A stretch of 63,784 bases of DNA, filler included, from Salisapilia sapeloensis CBS 127946 (lineage: Eukaryota; Protista; Oomycota): NCBI GenBank assembly GCA_023334545.1. It is 4 parts of 4 records of this genome, joined end to end, with 100 filler letters (N's around TTAATTAATTAA, not from the genome) between each part and the next. Parts side by side here need not be neighbours in the genome. Positions count along the whole stretch, not along the records: positions 31,566 to 42,797 come from JAADVB010000433.1; positions 42,898 to 60,105 come from JAADVB010000341.1; 2 more parts are not named here. One strand, given 5' to 3'. A program made the translations under genes and the position numbers. Below the pieces are notes generated by a model. It ran no database searches, was not told the DNA's origin, and was given only the letters and a program-made list of their open reading frames with translations. Position 1 is the stretch's first letter. Each line of letters starts with the position of its first letter. Of the stretch, positions 34,801-45,304 are shown piece after piece.

Positions 34801-37800
34801 TATGCCCTTCTTCCTCCGCAGTCATGCAGTCCACGAGTCTACTAAGCACGCTCAAACACGTCTGCATGATCATACCGCCACTCATGGATCCACTATGCTC
34901 TGCCACGACTGTAAACGGAGCTTCTTCCTCCTCTTCCTCTGCTTGGGACGACGACTCGGATGCATCGGACGAGACAGAGCTTTCTGCATCAGACTCTTCC
35001 AGTGCCTCAAGCGTACGCTTCGCTAAATCTGTATCTTCACTCGTCTCTCCATCGCTCTCTTCCTCTCCATCTACTACCTCCACCTCATCATCTTCCGTTA
35101 CTTCCAAGTCGACGCCATCACTCGGAGGAGCTTCCACCGACGGTCTTCTCTCCAGCTCCAGCACCATCGGCTTCACCTCTTCCAGCAGTCGTATCAACAT
35201 ATCAACGTTCGCTTCTTCTCGTAAGAGTCGTTGAACATTCAACGAACTGGACGTGACGCGGTCGAGGAAGAGCGCGACGTTGCCTCGAACGACCAGCGGC
35301 CATCCGCCAGATGCTCCATCGATCATCGTCTCTCGTACCAAGTGGTTGAGAAAGATGAGAGACGTCAGCTGAGAGTAGTGTCGCTCAAAGAGCTGGATCA
35401 TGACTTGCAGCACGAGCAGTCGAGCTCCGTCATCCGGCTCTTCATCCCCTTCCTCTGCCAAGAGACGATAGTACAACAGTGTCATGAACTTATCTGCAGA
35501 CGGAACATCTTCAGTCAGAGCTCCACGATCGTTCAGCAAGTGCGCGAGGTAGTACGGCCCGACCTTGACTTCATCTCGTAAGCACGAGAACTCGATCCGG
35601 AACTCGTTACTGTGCCACGCAACGTACCATCGAGGTAGGTACTTGCCCTTCTTCTTCCGACGTTTAACATGCCGCATGCGGTTATCACTCGTCTCAACGG
35701 ACTGGTCCCCCGTCTGTCCATTATCTTGATTCGAGTTCTTTCTTGCATCCGACGTGATGGTCCCGTCTTCCACCGAGTTGTCGTCACTGTCGGATCCAGC
35801 GTCTCCTTGTTCCTCATCACTTTCATCCCGTCCATTTACCACGAACGAGTAAGGCATGTACCGTACGAAGCGATTGCGAGCAGAGATAGCACCTTTGCGT
35901 AATTCATTCGAGATACGAGTGGCAATACCATCGTACACACTTTCGAACGGAAACGGAGCGACGTGATGCAGTCCATCTATGCCACTGCTAGACAGGTCTT
36001 TCGTATCGTTACTTTGAGAAGCATCTACAGCTAGTGGATCTGTGTACAAGTAGCATTGGTACTGCAGACGATACAGATCGAGACTCGCGAGCTCTGCTTC
36101 AACTTTACGCACGAGTTCTTGGACTGCACGAGGCCCCCAGACCAAGTCTCTTGACGACACAGTCGTCCACACTCGATCAAAGAATTCTGGAAGTAATACG
36201 ACGCACTTGCAGCTACGTACGAGTCTTGAGTAGGAATTCAGACCGTAGCCGAGTCGAGAGCGACCACTGTCGGTCGCATTCGTAATGTCATGGACATTTG
36301 TGAGTCCTACTGAATTTCCATTCGACCGACTCTTGTGACTCGAACTCAGTGCAGCGTTCCTTGCTTTCTGCGATGCTTCAGCTCCTGTTGCAGGCAAGTA
36401 CCGTCCGAACTCATCAAACTCTAGGTCTTGCACCGGCATGTCATTGAGTAAAGCAGCAGGAAAGACGTTTCGAATGACAAAGGACGAGCGAGAGTTCTCG
36501 TGCGTGAGCAAAGCGACGAGCTGAGACGATATACGACGCTGCGCCTTGTCTTGCGCATACAACGACAGGTATAGTTGCCAGAGCAACGCACCGTGCTTGC
36601 GAGCAGAGTTCTGTAGGAGCTCCACGAGCTCCGTTGGTTGCTCTAGGACATGCACTTTGACGAGGACAGCAGCGCACTTGGAGCTACTAAAGGCCATGGA
36701 TCGAGTGAGCAGGAACAAGGCGTGGTGACGGTTGAAGTCTTCGACACGCATGGCACGCAAGAGATCTTGGGATACACGTTCTGGCGTAGCTTTCTTTCCA
36801 CTCCCCAAACACGCTTCTAACGTCTGTAGAACAAAGGACGATACAAAGACATCTAGACCTAGTTGGGAAAAGGAAAGAGCGTTCGCGACACTACGTTGGA
36901 CACTTGCGTCTTCAATGGGAGGAAGAGTCGCTCGACCGACGCGGTTGCTGTTCTCAAAGTCCAGTACGCGCGCGATGAAGAGACGTGCGTGGCGACGAGT
37001 GAACACAGCGCGTCGATTCGCTGTCTCGGATTTCATACTGCGCGTGTCCGAGTAGTTGACGACCATGAACTTGAGCACCGCGGCGGCAGCGACGCTCACC
37101 TCTTCCATCGGCGAGTGCAAGAGTTCCATGACGACTTCCACGCCGCCACGATACTGAGAACTCGGGATCTCTTCAAAGACGCCACGCGTGCATAGCAGTC
37201 GTTGGAGCGCTCCAAGCAAGGCTACTTGGAAGGATGCAGGAGGAATAGGAGCGTCGGAGCTCGACGGACTGTTTAATTGAGCGACAGAGTACTCTTTGAA
37301 GTTCTCCAGGAGCTTCATAAGACTTGCAAACGCCCGTCGGTCTCGTTGACGCAGTCCTCCGATCGGTACGTTCCGATTGAATTGCTCCAATTGACGGAAG
37401 ATGTAGTCAAACGTAACTTGTGTAACGAGATTTGGCACGAGACTGAGACTCACGAGTTTGCGTAGGAGAATGTCTTCGAACTCTGGATGGATGTCCGTAC
37501 CCCACGTCCCTTCCTTACACGCCACTTGCGTTTCTTCCGTCGACCAAGACAAGTGCAATTTGTTCATACGAGCCATTTCGAAAAGATTGCTTAGAAAGAG
37601 ACTGCGAGCTTCCTTCGCACTAAGCACAGTGGCTGCTCCCGCTACGTTTAGCCACGACGGAGCTGGCTGCTCATTTGCAATGTCACGTAATGACCGCAAG
37701 AGCTCTTCCTGGTGTTGCTTCGTTGCGTGCATTAAGCCTAATCCGACGTCTCGGTCACGTCGACAGACAATGGATGGCATGCAGACAAAACGGCGTGTCC

Positions 37801-39148
37801 TTCCTTGCTTGAATTCAATGGCAAACTTACCACACACACCTTCCGTACGGTTATCATCCTCTTCGTCGGCAGTTGGAAGTAGAGAAGGGTACATGACGAC
37901 ATTAAAGATGTCACTGAGCGAATGAACAGCTAATGTGCGTCTAGTAACAGCATCTCGCTCGACAATGCCAGAGGTTGAGAGACCGAGGAGACGCAGCTGA
38001 AGTCGATTGGAACGCTGCTTACTGATTTTAAACACAGGAACTTCAAACGCGACGGGCTGAGGAATGTCTCGAGTGGACATGAGCGCGTCAAAGTCCGCAG
38101 CGTCTGATACGTCTTCGACAAAAAGCGTTACGTTCAGCCATGAACGAAGGTTGTTGGCCAGCGCCTGGATCAACGGTTCACGCGAGTCGGACCAGTATCG
38201 ATGCACTCTTCCATGCTCAAAGTAGACGATGAGCTCCGATGCGTTGCTCGTGACGCGCTGGACTTTTACCACGTCGATCAATAGGATGGACGACAGTGTG
38301 CTCCGGTCATCGCGATCCAATCGATCCATGCTCGTGGCACGTACAGCAAGGAGACAATCCACTTTTACAGGGTTCAGCAACGTGCTGCGTGTCGTGCTAA
38401 GCTTGGTGACGTTGAACGTCTTGCCACAGAGCTGAAAGAGACTATCAAAGTACATGCCGCTGCTGTTGAGCGTGTTGGAGCTGCCCATGCTACTCATATC
38501 GCTCTCTCCCACATCCATGCCGCTTGCACTGCCTTCGAACTGCTGCTTCCGGAAGGAGGAAGCACGCTCACGTAGCTGGTAGTACGCGGACAGTAGATGC
38601 TGTCGATTGCGACAGCTATAGGTATCTTTTAGGTTCTTCCCAATGTAAATTGTAAAGCTCTTGTCGACACTGTGGCCATTGTCGCTAGCCAGTGTAATCT
38701 CTTTAATACTGTCGTATGCATATCTTTCCTTGACTTCATCTGAATACGGATCCACAATGGTCAAGTGGTTGCTACTAAGCACCATGAGACGCTTTGGCGA
38801 GCGCAAGAAGCCGACACGTGTGACGAAGAAGCGAGCAGCATGGATGACTCCCGAAAACCGGTTTTCCTCCGCTTCAAGGTTTTCTAGCTCCTCTTCCTCT
38901 TCTTCGAGCTGTGATTGTCGACTCGATTGATCGTGATCGTGAAGCGTTTCGGGTCCTCGAGGGACGTATCCGACACTCAGAGGCACATCGACATCACCAA
39001 GAACGTCCGGCTCTAAGGAATTCTTGAGCTGGTCTAACTCGCCATCATCAGCCAGCGATGCGGGCGTCATTCGGACTCTACCTAAGAAGCCCTCTGCCAA
39101 CTCCCGATTTGATCCCAATTTGCTGTTTTCTGTGTTGGTATCTGTCAT
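31829..39148 (-). CDS. RME-8/DNAJC13-like endosomal protein, no J domain detected
   Basis: 2439 aa with RME-8-type blocks WHSNEFRIEFSCLRDEVKVGPYYL, NPEVVWNPQMR, YYLHNLLDEKRFPGWPI, MWTQPMRTEL, FEYEAQKQELCVAGIYV; no HPD motif. Confidence 0.8.
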   Translation of the reverse strand: MTDTNTENSKLGSNRELAEGFLGRVRMTPASLADDGELDQLKNSLEPDVLGDVDVPLSVGYVPRGPETLHDHDQSSRQSQLEEEEEELENLEAEENRFSGVIHAARFFVTRVGFLRSPKRLMVLSSNHLTIVDPYSDEVKERYAYDSIKEITLASDNGHSVDKSFTIYIGKNLKDTYSCRNRQHLLSAYYQLRERASSFRKQQFEGSASGMDVGESDMSSMGSSNTLNSSGMYFDSLFQLCGKTFNVTKLSTTRSTLLNPVKVDCLLAVRATSMDRLDRDDRSTLSSILLIDVVKVQRVTSNASELIVYFEHGRVHRYWSDSREPLIQALANNLRSWLNVTLFVEDVSDAADFDALMSTRDIPQPVAFEVPVFKISKQRSNRLQLRLLGLSTSGIVERDAVTRRTLAVHSLSDIFNVVMYPSLLPTADEEDDNRTEGVCGKFAIEFKQGRTRRFVCMPSIVCRRDRDVGLGLMHATKQHQEELLRSLRDIANEQPAPSWLNVAGAATVLSAKEARSLFLSNLFEMARMNKLHLSWSTEETQVACKEGTWGTDIHPEFEDILLRKLVSLSLVPNLVTQVTFDYIFRQLEQFNRNVPIGGLRQRDRRAFASLMKLLENFKEYSVAQLNSPSSSDAPIPPASFQVALLGALQRLLCTRGVFEEIPSSQYRGGVEVVMELLHSPMEEVSVAAAAVLKFMVVNYSDTRSMKSETANRRAVFTRRHARLFIARVLDFENSNRVGRATLPPIEDASVQRSVANALSFSQLGLDVFVSSFVLQTLEACLGSGKKATPERVSQDLLRAMRVEDFNRHHALFLLTRSMAFSSSKCAAVLVKVHVLEQPTELVELLQNSARKHGALLWQLYLSLYAQDKAQRRISSQLVALLTHENSRSSFVIRNVFPAALLNDMPVQDLEFDEFGRYLPATGAEASQKARNAALSSSHKSRSNGNSVGLTNVHDITNATDSGRSRLGYGLNSYSRLVRSCKCVVLLPEFFDRVWTTVSSRDLVWGPRAVQELVRKVEAELASLDLYRLQYQCYLYTDPLAVDASQSNDTKDLSSSGIDGLHHVAPFPFESVYDGIATRISNELRKGAISARNRFVRYMPYSFVVNGRDESDEEQGDAGSDSDDNSVEDGTITSDARKNSNQDNGQTGDQSVETSDNRMRHVKRRKKKGKYLPRWYVAWHSNEFRIEFSCLRDEVKVGPYYLAHLLNDRGALTEDVPSADKFMTLLYYRLLAEEGDEEPDDGARLLVLQVMIQLFERHYSQLTSLIFLNHLVRETMIDGASGGWPLVVRGNVALFLDRVTSSSLNVQRLLREEANVDMLIRLLEEVKPMVLELERRPSVEAPPSDGVDLEVTEDDEVEVVDGEEESDGETSEDTDLAKRTLEALEESDAESSVSSDASESSSQAEEEEEEAPFTVVAEHSGSMSGGMIMQTCLSVLSRLVDCMTAEEEGHMHQDVRFPKYGRLTHFEGAAVSPVSDIKRRLCEPQTLRFLVSLLECPNRLVFRKTLGLIRLLVRHHESIIPLLHATGLFYYLLRFAQDPEEMSVAARLLSHVHLRQSKLETPHALDDRQGGENKKGVFAPDPLTRICLRSWLVRLLPVSMVAQLLRHGPRRFAHALFSDSDNPEVVWNPQMRKQMVAYIEKFMARHTDEQGIFYISDDESARHDECVALIEYPDKVHALQCYQYYLHNLLDEKRFPGWPINDEQSFLDALMDSVHRWVHPEALLTAKGAHMSEGLTTKLLSVDDAIQLLDATALLLRRFPESSCMQTFEFLPTVLEALDKCVSETRNQTVDHSRSLRDISQALNNKSSFVIALASAVRVIDLAVSLSEENALASASSLGVRVLCSCLQLLFYNQDALYLLPGFDCQVVTHWVLQTLVHVFNQSSGRVSAATQSLDVLPCLTRFLYDRHDRSATDLSLQVLYEMAGSEGEMAEVLLLQLAEHGVVWYLTLLLFDFNRDDGDQHMCEGAARALARLLEANAQEEIIASYVKRMQSTIEKLLTRPLLNILKSDGPEKFLQIFTSDVREPHVMWTQPMRTELYELATRAVEYHLNKERSERNGDVFELPEDFEYEAQKQELCVAGIYVNFFNENPQEEIKSQIADAPTSGDSHANETRTLGIMRGFRTVTQPVNTTNGVSVHVLQGLLTALAQDLNIVRAQPSALESILLQRLLPEATAIRHLIQFAPDMDSEIVSSHGVITLLGVLDHEAQPQAFSFAGTAPLLQLRCVECLHMLAFSGRCLDPLATAVSPFVKSAFGIVYDNLAKTDASTEGQLARQTLQFLGNLCLIPACIDTLVRGMDPMALATILPKVWHGDPTEMQLLLCLHMIPLKRHTQAATEFTEQAVESRLAAALLNLLSSLVPKSKMGDSSQTKAYAAKFLSVLSANPGSGGAISSMLVSSRVWETYGESTQGSPDDLRRLLVVPHAPALLRAYHANPQKIGS

Positions 39149-39918
39149 ATCTATGCGGACACTTCGATAGTAAATGGGTTCATACTGTCCATGACATCAA
39201 CAGTTCGCGGCTTCTGAGCTCGAAAAGCTCTTTGACTGGAGAATGTCTTGACCTAGCTGTCATAGGGATCGTCCACGTGCTTGACGTGCATTGACGGTGC
39301 GCTGTGAAGAAGAAGAGATGAAGCGGAAGATGAACAAGTGTAGCGCCATGAGAGATAGTTTACAGATAGAAGCAGTCATTTGTATTTAGATAGATGCATT
39401 TGAGCATTGCCTAGGGACGTCAGTCCATCGTAGTCTTAAATTATTCCTATTTCTCCATGGCAATCGGACGAGCCGACGCAGGCAGAGCGCAAGGATGTGA
39501 TCTCATCATACGATCCCTAGTGCAACGACTCTATCTACTAAAACGAGTTCCTCAGCCAGCAGTTGGAAACTCTCTTCATAAAGTGCTTCGGATAATTGTG
39601 TAAAGGTTCGCATCCTCGGAACACGGTCATTCTACGTTGTACGGTATAGTTGAAAACCTCAGCTGGTACCCGAAAAAAGTGAAATGCAATCGGTCATGAA
39701 TTGGTCCGTATAATGCAAGTAACATCACTGGTTTCCTATCGACTTTACCTTGGTCTTCCAATATACAAATGAGCTTTCTATCGACTTTGAACTGAAAAAA
39801 AGTGATTGGTTCGTACGAGTTGTCCGGATAGCTCCCGAATAAATATACAAACAACCTTCGCGTAACATGTCTGGACACCTCTTTCGAACCGCACACGATC
39901 GAAGCGAATCTGACAAGC

Positions 39919-41180
39919 ATGTTGCGTCGAGTCTTCCGTCCCGTGCGCTGTCAGTCCAACGCTAGCTTTCGAAATTTCGCAAGTAAGAAAAATGCCAAGC
40001 AAACAGTTGAGCCTCCCAATGTGGAGCGACCCCGAATTACGAAAGCCATGCTATTGCATGAACTCAAGGAGATGCTGAAACTCGCCGTCGGAGTACGCTT
40101 CACTTATCGTGCTTTGTACCGTATTATCGCTAATTCATGCAACTATAGGGTACAGCACTGCTCACTGGTCTCATACTTAGCAGTGGATACGTTATTGAAA
40201 CTGCTAAAAGCTGGAATCCCATGTCGCCTCCAGGCAATACGCTTGAAATTCGAGACAATGACGGCAAGCCCATCACCATCCATACGATGCAAAAAGGCTC
40301 TGGTCATGTCACCGTTCTCCTTGATGGTGGTGTAGGAGAGACATCGTTTGATTGGCAAAAGGTGGCGGACGAGCTCTCGTCGTCGATGCGAGTCGTGAGC
40401 ATCGATCGTCCTGGTCTAGGCTTCTCCTCCAACGGGAGTGAACCGCGTACTGCCATGCAGATTTCACAAGAGTACAAGCAAGTACTAGAAAAACTACCAG
40501 CTACCAACAAGCTTATTCTAGTCGGACATGGTGCAGGTGGCTACAACATGCGTCAGCTCGCACAAGACCTTGAAAGCGTTCCAAACTCGAATTGCATTGG
40601 ACTAGTGCTTGTAGATGCTCTACAGGAAGAATTGCGATCTGAAATGTCTAGTATCTCTGAACCAGTCAAAGAGGCCTTAGAGGCCATGGACAAGAACAGT
40701 GAAATGGTGCTGAAGCTGTCGTACGTCGGTCTCGTGCGCGTCATTGACTACGTTCAAATGAACAAATTCAAGGAAAAGTACTCGAACATCGACTTGCCGT
40801 ACGTGCTTCACTTTGCGCCTTCACCCAAGCACCGAGGTACCTGTCATCATGAGAATGAAGCCATTTCAACTACGGAAGAAACGTTCCGTAACCAGGCACA
40901 CGTCCTCTCGACGCCATCCATCATCTTGTCACATGGGAAAGCAGACATGTTTGACGGCATGAAGGCTGCACCTGGTGTCGATGGAGCAACTTTACAAGCT
41001 CTGGAAGATAAGTGGCAAGAAGCACAGGTGCGATTAGCGAAAAAGGTAGGAGGACAGCAGTGGATTGTGACGGACGCTGGTCATTCTATCCATCAAGACA
41101 AGCCGGAAGCTGTCGTTAAAGCCGTCCGTACGTTGTTTGTCGAGGGGGAACACTTGGAAGAGACTGCTGGAGCAGCATAA
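39919..41180 (+). CDS. Alpha/beta-hydrolase-fold protein with presequence and TM anchor, 2 exons (39919-40092, 40149-41180)
   Basis: A 56-nt GT-AG intron joins MLRRVFRPVR...KLAVG to GTALLTGLILSSGYVI...MSPPG in frame. Motifs SIDRPGLGFS and GHSIH; nucleophile elbow reads GHGAG. Confidence 0.85.
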
Positions 41181-41211
41181 AACAAAAGTTGATGGCATTT
41201 CAAAAAGACTT

Positions 41212-42342
41212 TCATTCTTGTTCAATGGAAGGCCAGACGTCTTCTAGCCATTGAGAGATATGAGCCGACATATCTTCCGTACCTTGTTCTTCCATCATAA
41301 ACCCATGACCTTGTGGTACGATGCGATGCCTTGCCTTCGGGAACTTGACCTGATATTCTTGTGCGAATGTACCAGGCACCCAGTCGTCCACTGGAGAGTA
41401 GACGAAGAGCATCTTGTCTTGATGATACGTCATCAAAGACTCGTGTGACAGCTCTTTCACATACTCCATTTCATGCAGTGCCATGCGAAGTGCATTGTTA
41501 GCGACGTCAGCGTTGATGAGGGAGAGCACGGCTAATTGCAGCACGCGATCATTCGCCAAACCATCCTTTGCAATCGCTTTCCGTATGATCCACATACGTA
41601 CAGAGACTGGCAGCATCCATTCGATCAGCTTGCATACGGGCTTTACGGCTTGGTGGTACTTGAACAATGGCATCATCGCAGACCCTTTCGGTGTTGATCC
41701 CATGTGCTGCAGTGCCGGCTGCATCCAGACCAGACGAAGGACTTGATCCGGGAATGCCTGGAGGAGACTGAGACCAATGTGACAACCGATGGAGTGGCCG
41801 ATTAGCACGTACTTCTCGTTCGGATTATCGGCCAGACGTTGCTTGAGATAAGCTTTTTTAATCTCACTTTGATGGCGGAAGGAATAGGCATGAACACTAT
41901 CACTACTATTGACATGAGGCATATAGTGATTGGTTTGGGATAGACATCGGACTTCGCATTGGAGTCCATGCTTCTCAACGAGCAATTGCATGAGAGGAAG
42001 GTAGAAATGAGGCAAACCAGGGTTCCCAGGGAGCAGCAGTACAACCAGCTTGGAGGCAGTTGGATCTGCATTTGCACTCGGAGTGGGTTTATAGACAAGT
42101 GAGGCAAACTTGGCGCTATCCTTGTCGCCTGTATCGACGGTAATCCACTCCTCTTCGGGGGATGTCGATCCTATTTTCAGACCTGAGTTTGCCAATTCCG
42201 ACTGGATCATCCGATGCACACGCTTTTGCTGTTGAGCACGAGCACGTAAGAAATACAAGGTCCTCATCAGTGCTAGTACGAGAAAGGGAGCAAGATATCG
42301 CTTATAGGAGCCTGAAGGCCCAAGTATCACTTCCAAATTCAT
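41212..42342 (-). CDS. LDAH: Lipid droplet-associated hydrolase family protein
   Basis: LLLPGNPGLPHFY, LIGHSIG, YSPVDDWVP, HGF; N-terminal hydrophobic segment. Confidence 0.8.
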   Translation of the reverse strand: MNLEVILGPSGSYKRYLAPFLVLALMRTLYFLRARAQQQKRVHRMIQSELANSGLKIGSTSPEEEWITVDTGDKDSAKFASLVYKPTPSANADPTASKLVVLLLPGNPGLPHFYLPLMQLLVEKHGLQCEVRCLSQTNHYMPHVNSSDSVHAYSFRHQSEIKKAYLKQRLADNPNEKYVLIGHSIGCHIGLSLLQAFPDQVLRLVWMQPALQHMGSTPKGSAMMPLFKYHQAVKPVCKLIEWMLPVSVRMWIIRKAIAKDGLANDRVLQLAVLSLINADVANNALRMALHEMEYVKELSHESLMTYHQDKMLFVYSPVDDWVPGTFAQEYQVKFPKARHRIVPQGHGFMMEEQGTEDMSAHISQWLEDVWPSIEQE

Positions 42343-42499
42343 GTAAGTCGTTTTTGTGGTCTAGAAGTTGTCTGCTGTCTTGAATCTCAGATACGTCTCC
42401 TTTTATTAAGTATATTCATATGTATACCTAATCACAGGAATGATGGTAGTTGACAAGCGGCCACTCCTGCGCATCGTCATTTACGAATCTTCGTCCAAG

Positions 42500-42797
42500 A
42501 TGGCAGTGTGGTTCATTACAGGTTGCTCGTCCGGTTTCGGCAAAGAGATTGCTTTGCATGCCTTGAAGCGAGGTGACAAAGTCGTTGCCACAGCTCGCAA
42601 TCCTTCCACGCTCGAAGAACTTAAGTCAAATGGTGCCGTAACCATGGCATTCGACGTCACTGCGAGTGACGACGAGATCGAGAGCAAGATCAAAGAGGTC
42701 ATCCAGAAGACTGGAACCATTGACATTCTCGTCAATAACGCTGGCTATGCTCTCCAGGGAGCTGTGGAAGAGTGCAGTCGCGAAGAAGTGTTCCGCC
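42500..42797 (+). CDS. Short-chain dehydrogenase/reductase, 5' part only (runs into the gap)
   Basis: MAVWFITGCSSGFG...VVATARN...IDILVNNAG. Confidence 0.9.
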
Positions 42798-42897
42798 NNN
42801 NNNNNNNNNNNNNNNNNNNNNNNNNNNNNNNNNNNNNNNNNTTAATTAATTAANNNNNNNNNNNNNNNNNNNNNNNNNNNNNNNNNNNNNNNNNNNN
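42798..42897. other. Assembly spacer with six-frame stop linker
   Basis: N run, TTAATTAATTAA, N run. Confidence 0.97.
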
Positions 42898-43174
42898 AAA
42901 TGTGCCTTATTCCATGGGCGAATGCGCTTCCACTGAAACGTGCATTACATCAAGATCACGACTGAAGCCAATACACTCTCTAAATAGTCTAGCTCACCTC
43001 ATCTCCGACTTAATCCTGAACGCAACAAGTAAGAGCAAATGTGCATCGTGTTTATGTTTTACTTGTCAGGTCAAGGAACTCTCCTTCGTCGCCCCGACCT
43101 GAATTAACTTTGTTATTCTCGTTCTTTTGCTCATTACACGTGCCCTTGCAGTAGTTTCCACTTCCAGCACTGTA

Positions 43175-45304
43175 TTAGCACAAAGGGATTTGATTGTCTT
43201 TTGTTTGACGCGCCAGCCTGACTTTACTATCGTCTTTACTGCGAACGACTCCATCGATTTGGTAAGTAGAGGGGTCCACATTGGCTTGGAAGATGGAGAT
43301 ATCAAAGTTGATCCAGGGGAATATCGGGCGAGTTTGGAATTTGCCGTTGTAAATGTGGTAGTTTTGCTCCAAGTAGACGAAAGGTCGAATGTACACCGAG
43401 TTTCCAAACCTGTAGCTCATCTGATACTGTGAGCGAATGAGTGCTTTGGCACGCAGTGGGTCATCTGAGAAGACTTCAATTCCGTTGCGCTCATAAGTCC
43501 TCCAGAACTTTGAAAGCGAGATGTTCTTTTCCTTCTGTCGAAGGTAGAGCATAACGACTCCCTTCAAAATACCAAAGAGGAGGGAGTAAAGGACACTATA
43601 TCCTATGACATTCAGCAGAGGGCCGAAGAATATTTGCATAACCTTGTTACTGCGAGATGTATCTCCATATCTGTACATGGTGAATTTCATGATATGGGTG
43701 ACCAGACCAGGCACTGTTGGTAAGTCGTAGCGGTTCCCATCATGAATTGATTTCACCGTACAGATACCCATAATGGCGCTGTAATTCGTCTGCACAGCTA
43801 GTAAGGTTGATAGCATGACCTCGAACGATGTGATGTATGTGATTTCCGTGAGCAGGGCAGCAAGTCGTTCATCCATCAATACGACGGTGTAGCGCCATAT
43901 AAAATTGATGAAGATGACGTTCACTGGCCATACGCGGAATGTACTCAGGATTGCACTGACGACCTGGAAGGCGTCATTGGACCAACTCAACACGTTCGAG
44001 TTTGGACTAATATAAATCCACGATAGGAAGGCATCGACAATGAGGAGCAAGCATAAAGTTTTGTTCCAAAAGGAGACGCTGCTGAGGTCAGTGTATAGCA
44101 GCACTCGAGACAATTCAGTGTCCTTCTTCTTCTTACCGCTCGATTTGGCTCCTCCTTCACTAGCACCAGCATTGGTCCCCTCTTTCATTGACTTGTTCGT
44201 GCTCTCGGCTGTGGACGCTGCCGTAGTACCCGTATATCCGGTAGTTGTCGCGGATACTCCATACTTGCTGCTTTTGCGCATGCCCAAGATCAAAGGCCGT
44301 ACAACTCCATATGCGACCGTACAGGAATCACCAATGTTAATGTAGATGATCAAAAATTCCAAGAACAGCATCAAATAGTACAGTTCACCGGTCATTGCGA
44401 TATCACCATCGATATAATGATAGATAGTAGTGTACTCAACTTCGTCCGGCACTCGCCTATCAATTGTATAGGTATTCACAGTGCGCAGGTCACTTCGAAT
44501 GAAAGAATTGCCGATGCGGAAAAAATCGGTATTTTGCCAGAATGAAATGGTTTCCGCCATTATCCATCGAAAGTAGACGCCCATGCGCTTATTAATAAAC
44601 AACTCCAGGGAATCACTGTCAGTAGCGTCTGTCCAAATACAGAAATACTCGGTCGATGCCGCTCTTACGACTATTTCTCCCTCAGGGGGAAACTCTATCA
44701 CTTCGGCGCAAAATACGTTTTCCCACAGATCTATACGAGTTGCGAACCTGTCAAAAAGTTTTCGTGACAGACTAGCGAGTTCTTCAGCATCTTCATCTTT
44801 AATAGAAGCTTTCAGTTGCTCCAATATCTCTCGCTCTTGAATGCCCCAAGTTGTAGCCATCAGCATCGATGTTTGTGGCTTAAAAGGCATTGGTTGATGG
44901 AGAGCATCACCGATTAATCCAGTGGCCCAAATCAAGGCTTCAATGTTCACTGTGGCAACCATAAGTGCTTCAGGCTCGAGCGGATGCCCTTCAATAGCAC
45001 AATCCTTTCCGTAGGCGGACATCTGGACGGGTAACGTGATGAGCTTTGAAGGTATCAGCGTATTGCACCGCGTGGCAACTGCATTCCACATGTTGGTAGG
45101 CTCGAATCTGGTATTGTTGTTCTTGCTGAGTATGTCCGTCAAATTCCACTCAGAATGCATTTCGACGTTGTTAAACGTGAAAGACATGCTCTTGGACGGT
45201 CCGGTCATGGCGATCTTGTAGTACAGATCCTTGATATCCATAAAAGCAAGGAACGCCGCAAACAGGATCATGATGATAACGCTGTTCCTGTTGCTAAGCG
45301 CCAT
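43175..45304 (-). CDS. Uncharacterised multi-pass membrane protein
   Basis: 709 aa; N-terminal TM, large soluble domain, then several hydrophobic helices. Confidence 0.8.
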   Translation of the reverse strand: MALSNRNSVIIMILFAAFLAFMDIKDLYYKIAMTGPSKSMSFTFNNVEMHSEWNLTDILSKNNNTRFEPTNMWNAVATRCNTLIPSKLITLPVQMSAYGKDCAIEGHPLEPEALMVATVNIEALIWATGLIGDALHQPMPFKPQTSMLMATTWGIQEREILEQLKASIKDEDAEELASLSRKLFDRFATRIDLWENVFCAEVIEFPPEGEIVVRAASTEYFCIWTDATDSDSLELFINKRMGVYFRWIMAETISFWQNTDFFRIGNSFIRSDLRTVNTYTIDRRVPDEVEYTTIYHYIDGDIAMTGELYYLMLFLEFLIIYINIGDSCTVAYGVVRPLILGMRKSSKYGVSATTTGYTGTTAASTAESTNKSMKEGTNAGASEGGAKSSGKKKKDTELSRVLLYTDLSSVSFWNKTLCLLLIVDAFLSWIYISPNSNVLSWSNDAFQVVSAILSTFRVWPVNVIFINFIWRYTVVLMDERLAALLTEITYITSFEVMLSTLLAVQTNYSAIMGICTVKSIHDGNRYDLPTVPGLVTHIMKFTMYRYGDTSRSNKVMQIFFGPLLNVIGYSVLYSLLFGILKGVVMLYLRQKEKNISLSKFWRTYERNGIEVFSDDPLRAKALIRSQYQMSYRFGNSVYIRPFVYLEQNYHIYNGKFQTRPIFPWINFDISIFQANVDPSTYQIDGVVRSKDDSKVRLARQTKDNQIPLC

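Noticed and set aside
39627-39920. 97-aa ORF with a KVDRK duplication
   Set aside because: Lies in the divergent promoter region and overlaps the hydrolase start; an 11-bp repeat explains the motif; no family recognised.
43066-43407. Separate 113-aa ORF
   Set aside because: Alternative frame overlapping the 3' end of the 709-aa membrane protein; no motif.
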